Below are positions 1-11,459 of a stretch of 64,000 bases of DNA, one piece after another. Under the pieces are notes generated by a model, which saw only the letters and a program-made list of their open reading frames with translations, was not told the DNA's origin and ran no database searches. Origin of the DNA: Dictyostelium discoideum (Eukaryota); NCBI GenBank assembly GCA_000004695.1, contig CM000151.3, positions 2,240,001 to 2,304,000 of the forward strand, in the 5' to 3' direction. A program made the position numbers and the translations under genes. Position 1 is the stretch's first letter, and every line of letters starts with the position of its first letter.

Positions 1-543
1 ATTTGGTGATGTTGATTTTGGTAAAAAGCATTCTTCATTTCTATAGTATGAATTTAATAACATACAAAATTTACCTTTATTATTAACTGCTAACCATGTT
101 CCACCACCAATTTGATCTCTACCACCATAAATTTTTATATTATCATTATTAATATTTTCCCATTCATGTAATAATATTGTTGGTCTAGTTTCTTCTTCTT
201 CTCTATTATTTAAAATGATAACTGGATATCCTTCATATTGATAAAAACTTAAAAATCCTAAACACATATCTTTTTTTTTTTTTTTTTTGAGAAAAATAAT
301 TTTAAAAATTTATTTAAAAAATTATATATATACTTTTATCGTTTTTTGTTTAAAAAAAAAAAAAGAAAAGAAAAAGGTTTATGTGTGGGGTTGGGGGTTT
401 ATTTTTATTTTTTTAAATTTTACAAATTCTGTATTTTTCTTTGACTTTGTATAATTATAATATTTATTTTACACAAAATTATTATTTTATTAAATGACAA
501 TGATTATTTGGTTCGCATTCAGTTATAATTATTATTTTAAAAT

Positions 544-595
<52 letters not shown>

Positions 596-806
596 AAATA
601 AAAAAAATAAAAATAAAAAATAAAATTAAATAAAAAAAAAAAAAATAAAAGGTGTTGATTTTAAAAAATCGTTTTGTCATTTTTTTTTTTTTTTTTTTGG
701 TTTTTTTTTTTTTTTTTTTTTTATCTGTGTTATACACATATCGTATATTATAATATTGTTTTATACATGAACTAATAATTAATTTTATTATAAATAACAA
801 TAATAA

Positions 807-846
<40 letters not shown>

Positions 847-855
847 TAATAATAA

Positions 856-904
<49 letters not shown>

Positions 905-956
905 GTAATAATAAAACAAGATAAAATAAAAAAACAAACAGAAAAGAGCTGACGTC

Positions 957-993
<37 letters not shown>

Positions 994-1088
994 ATTAAAT
1001 TTTCACATTCCCATAGTTTTCTTAAAAAAAAAAAAAATTAATTTTAATAGCTATTTTTAAAATTTTGAAAAAAAAAAAAAAAAAAAAA

Positions 1089-1412
1089 ATGAAAATATTA
1101 TTTAATAAATTAATTAAAACATTAATAATAGTAATAATATTATTTATTACAATTAGTAATGGTAGTGAAATGAAAGGATCATCTGCAACATCACATATAC
1201 CAGCAACAGCAACAGCATCAACAACCACAATATCAACAACAATAAATGAAATGAATGAAAAACAAAAATTATATTCACCAAGAGAAATTCATTTAGCGTT
1301 AACAAATAAAGATGATGAGATGGTAGTAACATGGATTACAAAAGATAGAATTAATCAACCAATAGTTTATTTATTTAAAGGTGATTGTAGCGTAGTAACA
1401 TCAAATATAAAC

Positions 1413-1459
<47 letters not shown>

Positions 1460-2843
1460 ACATAATTCATTTAATATATCAATTGGTAAATCAATAGTTT
1501 ATAATGGGTTAGAAGGATATGTTCATAGTGTAACATTAAATAATTTAGAATTTGGTAAAACCTATTGTTATTCAGTAGGTAGTGGTAATATATATAGAAG
1601 TGATATTAAAGGTTTAGTAAACCAACAACAGCAAAACAATAATAATAATGATAATGATAATAATGATAATGATGATAATGACGATTTATTAAGATGGAGT
1701 AAATGGATATCATTTAAAACCAAATCAAATGAAATTGATCATGTCACATTTGGAGCATTTGCAGATAGTGGTACATGGGGGGATGTGCATGAGGTAGTGG
1801 CATCAATGTGTAGGGATGAGTCTTTGACATTGGCAATTCATGGTGGCGATTTATCGTATGGATTAAAGGAAGAGGTTTGGGATACATTTGGCGACATTAT
1901 CGAGCCATTGGCATCTAGGATGCCATTCATGGTGATACCGGGTAACTGGGATGTGAAAGAGGGTGCATTGCAGCCATTTGTCAATCGTTATCCAATGCCA
2001 CTAGTTTACAAGCAACCCACAATTGAAAAGAAGCGTATATCAGCGACCGCATCAACAGCATCGATAACCACCCTCCAAACCAACCCCAACCTATACTACT
2101 CATTCAGATACACTCATGTCTATTTCATAATGCTATCATCATACGACCCATACTCAATCGGCAGTCTACAATATAAATGGCTAGTGAGCGAATTAGAGTT
2201 GGCCAATACCATGCGTCAGCAGTACCCATGGCTGATTGTAATTGCCCATAGTCCAATGTACTCCTCCTCAACCGGCCACGGAGGTAGCGACATTGGTGTG
2301 CGTACGCAATTGGAATGGTTGTACGACGTCTATAATGTCAATATCGTATTCAGCGGCCATGACCACGGGTATGAACGTACTCATCCAGTGTTGGCTGAAA
2401 AAGTATTGAAAATGAATCACAACTCTCAATATAAGAGTAAAGATGGCACAATTCACATCCTAGGTGGTACTGGTGGTGCCACCGCTGATCCTTGGTTCGA
2501 TGAACAACCAAATTGGTCCGCCGTTAGAGAATCAACTTCAGGTTACACAAAATTCATTGCTCATAAACAAACTCTTCAAGTGACCTATCTTCGTATGAAT
2601 GGTACTTTAGGTGACCATTTTCAAATTACAAATGAATTTCCAACACTAGATTCAATTAAATCCTCAAAAATTTTCTCACATAATAATGTAAATTCAAATC
2701 CTTCTGAACATACTGGTGTCTTTTTATTATTTTTCGCTTTAATAGTATTTGTTTTCCCAATTTGCGCTTATTATAAATTACCTCATTTAATTTTTAGTTC
2801 TTTGGTACCAAAACCAATGATTTCAAATAAATCAATGGTTTAA
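1089..2843 (+). CDS. Purple acid phosphatase-like metallophosphoesterase (secreted or membrane-anchored), single exon
   Basis: Track ORF 1065..2843; its first M is a non-ATG codon, and the real ATG is at 1089 (MKILFNKLIKTLIIVIILFITISNGSE, signal-peptide like). Metallophosphoesterase/PAP motifs seen in the translation: GDLSY, GNWD (a GNHE variant), AHSPMY and GHDHGYER. There is a C-terminal hydrophobic tail (possible TM or GPI signal) and in-frame poly-Asn tracts. Family assignment by motif only. Confidence 0.7.
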
Positions 2844-2871
2844 AATATATATATAAAAATAATAAATAATA

Positions 2872-3009
<138 letters not shown>

Positions 3010-3538
3010 CTAATTAAATTAATTAAATTTACTAATATATATAAAATAATTTATAAAAAAAGAATTAATTTTTTTTTTTTTTTTTTGGTAAAACCACCAA
3101 TTTCCATTAATGTGGGAGGTTTTAAAACATTTTTTTTATTTTTTTTTAATTTTTTATTTTATTTTTTTTTTTTTTATACAAATTAATATGTATATAAACT
3201 AATTTTTTTTTTTGGTAAAAATCATTTAAATTTTTTTTTTTTTTTTTTTTTTTTTTTGGTAAAAATCATTTAAATATTCATTTTTTTTTTTTTGTGTTGA
3301 TTTCTTATATTTTTAGCAATTCTAATTTATTTAAACAAATAAAAATAGAACGTTTAATTAAATTTGATTTTTTTAATTTTTTATTTTTTTATTATTTTTT
3401 TATTTTTTTTTTTATTTTATTTTTTTTTTTTTTATAAAAAAACTTCAACCTTTCCTCCTAAAAAAAAAATCGAAAAATTTTTTCATTTTTTTTTTTCAAA
3501 CTTTATTTCTGTTCATACATATCCTATTCAACTAAAAA

Positions 3539-5192
3539 ATGGGTTTAGACATTGTACTTTTCCGTGCCGATAAAGGTGGAAATCCAGATCTTATTAGACA
3601 ATCACAAAAAGTTAGATATGCAAATGTTGATGCTGTTCAAGAAGTTATTGATTTAGATAAAGTTGTTAAAGAAAGTATGTTTTTTTTTTTTTTTTAATTT
3701 AATTTTTATTATTATTACAATAGAAAGAATGAATATATATATATATTAATTTTAATTTTATTTTTCATATATAAAAACAAAAAACAAAACAATAAAAATA
3801 AAAATAAAAATAATAATAATAATAATAGCTAAATATAGATTAGATAATACAAATGCTGAATATGCTAAACTTAATAAATCAGTTGCTATGAAAAAGAAAG
3901 CAGGTGAAAGTGCTGATGAAATTATTGCACAAGCTGAAGAATTAAATCAAAGTATCATTAAATTAAAAGCTGAAGTTAGCGAAGTTGAACTTTTACTTAG
4001 AAAGAAATTAAGACCAATTGGTAACATTGTACATGAATCTGTACCAATTGATAATAATGAAGTAAGTAAATAATAACAACAGAATTATCATTACCACCAT
4101 CAACATTATCATCATTATCATTATAATTATTATCATCAAGAGATTAGGATTAAATATAATAATAAAATAATTAAAATATATTTTAATTTATTTTATTTTT
4201 TTTAGGATAATAATCAAATTATTAAAACATGGGGTGAATGTAAAACATCAGAAGGTTTATTACATCATCATGAATTATTAGAGATGATTGATGGTTATGA
4301 TCCAGAAAGAGGTACATTAGTTAGTGGTCATAGATGTTATTTCTTAAAGGGTATTGGTGTTTTATTAAATCAAGCAATCATTAACTTTGCATTAATGCAT
4401 ATGACAAAGAGAGGTTCAGTACCACTTCAAACACCATTCTTTATGAATAAAGATGTTATGGCAAAAACCGCCCAATTAGAACAATTCGATGACGAACTTT
4501 ACAAAGTCACCGGTGACAATGAAGAGAAATACTTGATTGCCACCTCTGAACAACCAATCTCTGCCTTCCATCAAGATGAATGGATCGAAGAGAAAGATTT
4601 ACCAAAGAAATACGTTGGTTATTCAACTTGTTTCCGTAAAGAAGCCGGTTCACATGGTCGTGATACTTGGGGCATTTTCAGAGTACATCAATTTGAAAAG
4701 ATTGAACAATTCTGCATCACTGAACCAGAGAAGTCTTGGGATATGATGGAGGAGATGATCAATAACTCTGAACAATTCTACCAAGAGTTGGGTATTCCAT
4801 ATCGTGTCGTTAACATTGTTTCTGGTGCTCTCAATAATGCCGCCTCAAAGAAATACGATTTAGAAGGTTGGTTCCCAGGTTACAATCAATACAGAGAGTT
4901 GGTCTCTTGTTCCAATTGTACCGATTATCAATCACGTGATCTCGAAATTCGTTGTGGTATGAAGAAACAAGGTCAACAACAAAAGAAATACGTTCATATG
5001 TTAAATTCAACACTCGCTGCCACAACTCGTGTCATTTGTTGTATCCTCGAAAATTATCAAACTGAAGGTGGTATCACTGTTCCAGTTCCACTTCGTCCAT
5101 ACTTGGGTAAAGACTTTATCCCATTCGTTAAAGCTGCTCCAAAACAAAAAGCTATCCCAAAACAAAAAACAACTACTCCAGAACAAAAATAA
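3539..5192 (+). CDS. serS: Seryl-tRNA synthetase (class II, cytoplasmic), 3 exons: 3539..3674, 3829..4061, 4206..5192
   Basis: Exon 1 ([45 protein letters not shown]) matches the conserved SerRS N-terminus and is not in the ORF track as an ATG ORF. Donor GTATGT at 3675 and acceptor ..atag at 3827-3828 give phase 1. Exon 2 ends GAA|GTAAGT at 4061/4062 and exon 3 follows tttag at 4204-4205. Both junctions keep the frame of track ORFs 3888..4073 and 4284..5192. Exon 3 carries class II aaRS catalytic-core sequence ([36 protein letters not shown]). Confidence 0.85.
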
Positions 5193-5225
5193 ATAAATAA
5201 AATAAATATAAATTAATATTTAATC

Positions 5226-5257
<32 letters not shown>

Positions 5258-5487
5258 TTAAATGATTTATTGGGTTTTGTCGGTAATATTAGGTCTTTGA
5301 AATTAAGTAAACTAAATTTCGCATTTTAACATTAAATAAAATGAATTTTAATGGTTATTTCTCTTTTTTTTTAAATCAATAAACTAACATCTGTAGAACC
5401 TTTGGTTTGAATCGCTCATTGGATAGGTTTTAAGGATTTGTTGATTACAAAAATCTTTATTACAATTACTAATAATAAGCAGATTCT

Positions 5488-5529
5488 TTACATGGATTCT
5501 TTAATGAATGGCTTAACTGGTAGTGGTGG

Positions 5530-5582
<53 letters not shown>

Positions 5583-5643
5583 GGTGGTAATTTAATTTCA
5601 TTTTCTGTGAGGCATTATCTTGAGGTTTCTTTTCAGACTCTTT
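5488..5643 (-). CDS. Probable 3'-terminal coding exon of an unresolved minus-strand gene (K/E/D-rich, poly-Gln/Pro tail)
   Basis: Minus strand after acceptor gaatag (5645-5644) reads in phase 0: KESEKKPQDNASQKMKLNYH(Q)n PPLPVKPFIKESM, then stop TAA at 5490..5488. The exon is 156 nt, a multiple of 3. Upstream (5646-5900) the minus strand stays K/E/D-rich with stops in every frame, so there are probably several tiny introns that I could not resolve. Confidence 0.25.
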
Positions 5644-6031
5644 CTATTCTTTTATAACTATTGATGGCTTATCACTTGGAAATGTAGATTTGGATATTTA
5701 TCAACTTCCATCTGAGTGGATTCATCTTTATCAGATTTAGTTTCTTCATTCTCTTTATTTCAGTTTCCTTTTTATCACTTTAATTCTCATCTAATTTTTC
5801 TTTAGATCTTTCATTATCTTTTTTTTTTTTCTTTTTTTTTTTTCTTTGAATCAGATATTGCTTTTCCTTTGCCAATTGTGATTAATTTGTAAAAAAAGAA
5901 AGATTTTGGAGGGTAAAATTATTAAAATATAAAATTATTTTAGGAAATAAAATAAAATATAATAAAATAAAATATAAAAGGTGAAATATATCATAGTTTT
6001 TTTTATATTATCGAGTTCCAGATATGTTATC

Positions 6032-6064
<33 letters not shown>

Positions 6065-6148
6065 AATAATTATAAAATATATAAAATAAGATAAAAAAGT
6101 TTAATCATTTCGCTCAACTTTTATTAAAAATTAATTTAATTTTATCTC

Positions 6149-6185
<37 letters not shown>

Positions 6186-6848
6186 CCCTAAACAAACTCA
6201 TATATTTATTTTGTTATTTCTAATTTTATTTCTATTTATTTATTTATTTTATTTATCTTTTTATTTAATTTTATTTCTATTTATTTATTATTATTATTGT
6301 TTTTTTGTTTTTGTTTTGGACACAGAGGGAAACAAATTCCTTGATCTTCTGATCAGAAAACAAAAAAAAAAAAAAACCACAAAAAACACCAAAAAAAAAA
6401 TAAAGATTAACAAAGGTTTGTGGGAATTATTTGAAAAAAAAGTTTATTTTTGTTTTTTTAATTTTTATTTTTTTTGTTTTTTTTAATTTTTTAATTTTTT
6501 TTTTGGTGTAAAAAAAAAAAAAGTTTTTGTGTTTAATATCGCCATAATCCCCACAAACCTTAATTTATATTTGTTTTTTTGTTTTGGAGAAAATTAAATA
6601 GAAACTAATAATTGGCAAACAAATAAACAACAACAAACGAATATTTAAATAAAAATAATTAAAAAATAAAAAAAATAAAAAAATAAAAAAAATTTAAAAA
6701 AAAAAAAAAAAATAAAAAAAAATAAAAAAAAATAAAAAAAAAACAAAAATCTTTTTTTTTTTTTTTTACAAATATTTTTAAAAAAGTTACAAATAATAAA
6801 AATTAATAAATACTATAAATTAAAAAGAAAAAAAAAAAAAAAAAAAAA

Positions 6849-7364
6849 ATGGATCCGGGTAGAAGTCATATAGAAACAATAATAGAAAGCTCAACACATA
6901 AATTTATATTATTTGACGAACCGACAGAAGAGACGATACCGTATTTCAAAGATTTAATGAAGAAGAATTCATGTATTAATATAGTTAGATGTTGTGAAAT
7001 AAATTATGATGCATCATTATTTGAAGGTGTGAAAATTCATGAGCTTTGTTTTAAAGATGGTAATGTTCCACCGAAAGATATCATAGAGAGATGGTTAGAA
7101 ATTTTAAAGCAAGCTTTTATTGAAAATGGTAAACAAAAAACAACCGTTGGTATTCATTGTATCGCTGGTTTGGGTCGTACTCCTTTATTGGTTTGTATAG
7201 CTCTAATTGAAGATGGTATGAAACCATTACAAGCTGTTGAATTTGTTAGATCAAAAAGGAAAAATGCTATTAATAGTCCTCAAATTAAATTCTTAAAAGA
7301 GTAATAAAAAAAAAAAAAAAAAAATTTTATGTTCTTTCTTTCTTTTCTTTTAATTTACTAACCA

Positions 7365-7396
<32 letters not shown>

Positions 7397-7448
7397 ATTA
7401 TTATATAGATATAAAGCAAGTAAAAAAGCTGGATGTAAAATCATGTAA
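6849..7448 (+). CDS. PRL-type (PTP4A-like) protein tyrosine phosphatase; exons 6849..7300 and 7409..7448 (C-terminal CAAX mini-exon)
   Basis: Track ORF 6849..7304 carries the CX5R P-loop HCIAGLGRT plus PRL-like flanking sequence (GVKIHELCFKDGNVPP, LQAVEFVRSKRKNAINSPQ). The apparent stop GAG TAA is actually a donor GA|GTAATA (phase 2). Acceptor tatatag (7407-7408) adds EYKASKKAGCKIM and a stop at 7446-7448. That is a polybasic stretch plus the CAAX box CKIM, as expected for prenylated PRL phosphatases. Confidence 0.7.
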
Positions 7449-7691
7449 ATAATAAAAGATAAATTTTAAAAAAACCAAATATGCTGTTACTACCTTATTT
7501 ATAAGAAAAGATGGATGAAACAAGTTTAGTAAATAAATAAATAAAATAAATAAATAAATAAATAAAGAAATAAAGAGATAGATATAGTGACTAATATTGA
7601 AAATATTTATTATAAACTACATATTCCTTCATTTTTTGTTTTTTTTTGTTGTAGTTGTTGTTGATGTTGCATTTGTTTTTTTTTTTAAAAG

Positions 7692-8119
7692 TTATTTTGA
7701 TTCATTTTCATTAGCTGTATTATCGGTATCATCTTTTTGTTGTTCAACATCTAAATCTTTCATTTCTTGATCAGTGGAGAGTGATGTTGAAGTAGAGGAG
7801 GTTGTATCAGAAGGGAATGATGTTGTAAAAGATGATGAAAAAGCAAAACTATCTAAATTTGGTTGATCATTATTTCCTTTTTCAGTTGGAGTTGTAGTAG
7901 TAGTGGTTGTTGTTGTTGTAGTGGTTGTATTGGTTGATGAATTTAATCTTGACCCTGAATTTTGATTCTTATTAAATTCGATCACTTCTTCAGGTGTTAA
8001 ATGAGGAAGTGTTGATACATTTAACATTTTTTCAACTGCACATAAATATTTACTAAATGATGTATACATTTTATAATTGATAATTAATTCACAAAGTCTT
8101 TGTACTGTAAATGGTGATC

Positions 8120-8156
<37 letters not shown>

Positions 8157-8478
8157 GTTTTTATTATTATGGTTAATAAATCCTATTTATTATTTATATA
8201 TGATAATAGATATTAGTATATATATTCATACAATTTTGATTCTTTAAAACTATCAAGAAATTCTTTTTTCATTTTAATTAAACCAGAAAGGTTAACTTGA
8301 TTCTTTATTTTTTGCATTTCTTCATCTTTGATATTTACATTTAATTGTGGAGATTGTGGTGATTGTGGTGATTGTGGTGAATTGGTTGATGATGATGATG
8401 TATTAGTTGTTGTTGTTGTTGTGGATGTAGTTGTTGTGGATGATGTTGCAATGTATTCCTTTTCAAATATATCCAAAA

Positions 8479-8512
<34 letters not shown>

Positions 8513-8940
8513 TTTAAAAAAAAAAACATTTATATGAGTTAGTATATATAAATTTAATATTATTTTAATTTAATATATTTAAATAAATACTTCATTTAAT
8601 TTAAAATAAAACAATTCTTTTAATATATTCCAAGGATAGCATGTGATACCTGTTTTAGAAATGTTCTCTATAATACTATTTAATTCTGGTGTGACAACTT
8701 TTTTATCTTGTTTACAAAATTCTGAAAAAAAAAAAAAAAGAATAAATTAAGAACAATGATAGTTTTTAAAAAAAAAAAAAAAAAAAAAAAAGATAGAAAT
8801 TTTAATAGGGTTAGGATGGTGAAGATTTTTTTCAAGGAATTTTTTTTTTTTTTTTTTTTTTCTTTATTTTTTTATTTGTGGATATCTTACATACCTTCCA
8901 ATGACTTTTTTAAAGTTTCAGAATATTCAACTAATGTCAT
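7692..8940 (-). CDS. Hypothetical protein with T/S-rich low-complexity linkers; 4 exons (minus): 8940..8895, 8721..8591, 8479..8232, 8097..7692
   Basis: Exon 1 is ATG..MTLVEYSETLKKSLE+G with donor GTATGT (plus acatac 8889-8894). Exon 2 follows acceptor ttttttcag and reads EFCKQDKKVVTPELNSIIENISKTGITCYPWNILKELFYFKLNE, with donor GTATTT. Exon 3 follows aaaaag and joins track ORF 8213..8476 (ILDIFEKEYIATSS...SPQSPQSPQ...KESK), ending TT|GTATGA at phase 2. Exon 4 follows caaag and joins track ORF 7692..8069 (LLCELIINYKMYTSFSKYLCAVEKMLNV...). All phases are consistent. I did not recognise a conserved domain. Confidence 0.45.
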
Positions 8941-9078
8941 TTTTTATAAAAAGTACACTGTATTATGCGGAAATATTTAAGGATAAAACTTTCTTAATCT
9001 AGTGATAACCCACAAAAAAAAAAAAAAAAAAAAAAAAAAAATTAAAAAAAAAAAAAAAATTTTAAAAAAACTTTTTTT

Positions 9079-9118
<40 letters not shown>

Positions 9119-9351
9119 TAAAAATATCAAATTTCACACCCAAGATAGAACAAATTTAAAAAAAATAAAATTGTTATTTCAACTAAAAAAAAAAAAAATA
9201 AATGGATCCACAAAGTTCATAATAAATAAAAAAAAAAAAAAAAGATAATTCATTGTAAAAAAAAAAAAGTAATAAAAAATAAAATCTCAAACCAAGATAA
9301 ATCCTACCAAAAAAAAAAAAATTAAAAATAATAAATAAATAAAAAAAAAGA

Positions 9352-9382
<31 letters not shown>

Positions 9383-9593
9383 CAAAATAAATAAATCATG
9401 CTAAATCCCTGAAATATAGATATTAAAAAATATTTTCGACATTTTTAAAAAAGTTCTTCTTTTTCTATCTAGATAAAATTTCTTTTTTTTTAAAAATTTT
9501 TTTTTTTTTTTTTTTGTTTTATTTTTTTTTTTTTTTTCAATTTTATTTTTATTTTTTTTATTTTTTTTCTTTCCATATATACTCAAAAACAAT

Positions 9594-10128
9594 ATGTCTT
9601 TAAATAATTTTTCACCAGAAGAAAAACAAAATATTGTTAGATCCATTTTTGCAGAAGAAGAAATAGTTTACAATGTATTTTTTGAAAGGTATTAAAAAAA
9701 AATAAAATAAAAAATAGAAAAAAAAAATTAGAAAAAAACTTAAACTTTTTCATCAAAATCTTTTACTTTTACATTTACTTTTACTTAACCTGACTTAACC
9801 TGACTTAAAATAACTTAAATATTTTTAAAGAGGAGATGATTCATTTAAAAATTTGAAATTATCAGAGATTAAGGCTATATTATCAATATTGAAATCATCA
9901 AGAAGTATGGCATATCCTTTATCTGGTAAAAAACAAGTTTTGGTAGATTTATTAACTTCAATTGGATTTGTTGGACCAATCAATACATCACCTCAACCAC
10001 AACCACCACAACCACCACCATCACCAACACCACCTGGATTATTCCAAGAAGAACTTCAACCACACTCATTTTTGGAATTAGATTTGGGAATTACAGTAGA
10101 GTTGGATAATTTATTGGGAGAAAATTAA
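9594..10128 (+). CDS. Small SAP-domain-like protein; exons 9594..9688 and 9831..10128
   Basis: Exon 1 reads MSLNNFSPEEKQNIVRSIFAEEEIVYNVFFE+AG, with donor GTATTA at 9689. Acceptor tttttaaag (9829-9830) joins track ORF 9853..10128 in phase 2 (RGDDSFKNLKLSEIKAILSILKSSRSMAYPLSGKKQVLVDLL...PQPQPPQPPPSP). The stretch L..L.V.E....L......LSGKK..L..LL resembles the SAP helix-extended-helix motif. The intron contains a cttaacctga repeat. Confidence 0.5.
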
Positions 10129-10242
10129 ATGGAAAAAAAAAAAAAAAAAAAAATAAACAAAGAAATTTTGTAATATTAAAAAAAAAAATAAAAAAAAAAA
10201 AGATATAAATAAAATAACATACACACTATATTTTTATAAAAT

Positions 10243-10277
<35 letters not shown>

Positions 10278-10805
10278 TTAATCTTATTTGACGAAATATT
10301 TATATTTCACTCTTATAAATCTAATCATTTCAAAAACCAAAATATGAATTCCAAATATTTTTTTTTTTTTTTTTTTCTTTTTTTTTTTTTCTTAAATAAA
10401 TTATAAAATTTTTTTTAAATCAAAAATGACAGATAGATAGATTAAAAAAAAAAAATTAATTTATTTATTAATAAAAAAACAATGAGAGTTTTTATTGTTT
10501 AAATATATATATATTTGAATTTTATTGTGAAGATTAACTATTTATTTTAACAACTCTACAATTAGTAATAAATCAAAATAATAGATTAAATTATTATTAT
10601 TTTTTACTCACCTAAAAACAACAACAACAACAATAAAAAAAAAAAAAAAAATAAAAATAAAAAAAAAAATAAAAATTTTTATCTACCACCCATTTTTTCA
10701 CACTACAAAGACATAACCACCACACATTCTCACACCTAAAACCCACACTAACTTACACACATAGACAAAGCGAAACCAATACATCTCCACTAAAACACTC
10801 ATAAA

Positions 10806-10843
<38 letters not shown>

Positions 10844-11459
10844 ACATTAAAAAAAAAGGAATATTCATTAAATCTCAAAGCTTACTCTATATCTCTGTCA
10901 CTCTCGACATATAAAATCATATATCAACAACAAACCACACTTTAACACATAATTAATTTGGTAGTTGGGTGAATTAAAAAGTTAATTTTTAATTTAAAAT
11001 ATGATTATCAATGTTGTTTAATGGTTTCATAATGATTTTTAATGAGGAAAAATATTAAAGAGTGTTTGGAACGGTGTGGGGGTAATTAAAAACATTCCAT
11101 TTATCTACATAAAAAATCATTTTTTTCTAAATATATTTTTATTTTTTAAATTTTATACTCTGTTTGTTTGGGGTTATACATAAAATACTATATTAATTAT
11201 TTATTTTTTTTTTTTTAATTTATATTTTTTTTTTTTTTTTTTTTAATTTTTTTTATTTAAATATTTAAATTTATTATTATTTTTTATTTATCCTTACCAT
11301 TTTTCAATTTATATTAATTATTATTTTCAATAAACATCACTTTTTTTTTTTTTTTTTTTTTTAAAAACAATTAAAATAATTATAAACATAAATTTATTTA
11401 AATATTAATATTATTAATATTATTAATGTTTTTTTTTTTTTTTTAAAAAAAAAAATATA

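Noticed and set aside
537-800. Track ORF made of poly-K/poly-F; similar ones at 1022..1228, 3364..3573, 6211..6486, 8328..8537, 8756..8980, 9401..9646, 15665..15925 (apart from its 30-codon N-terminus), 17615..17857, 22558..22779 and its duplicate 26560..26781, 31816..32004, 34074..34373, 48248..48445, 55158..55370, 63071..63328
   Set aside because: These are translations of poly(A)/poly(T) and AT-rich intergenic spacers. They have no start context, no codon bias and no conserved motif. They are artefacts of the six-frame scan in AT-rich DNA.
4537-5025. Internal alternative-frame and antisense ORFs inside real genes (4537..4746, 4831..5025 in serS; 2268..2456 in the phosphatase; 13906..14142 in the P450; 36207..36485; 37561..37746; 39491..39673; 43631..43849; 45363..46813; 48612..48809; 49697..49939; 54077..54314; 57476..58279; 59307..59519; 60425..60909)
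   Set aside because: They overlap well-supported CDSs in another frame or strand and have no motif support.
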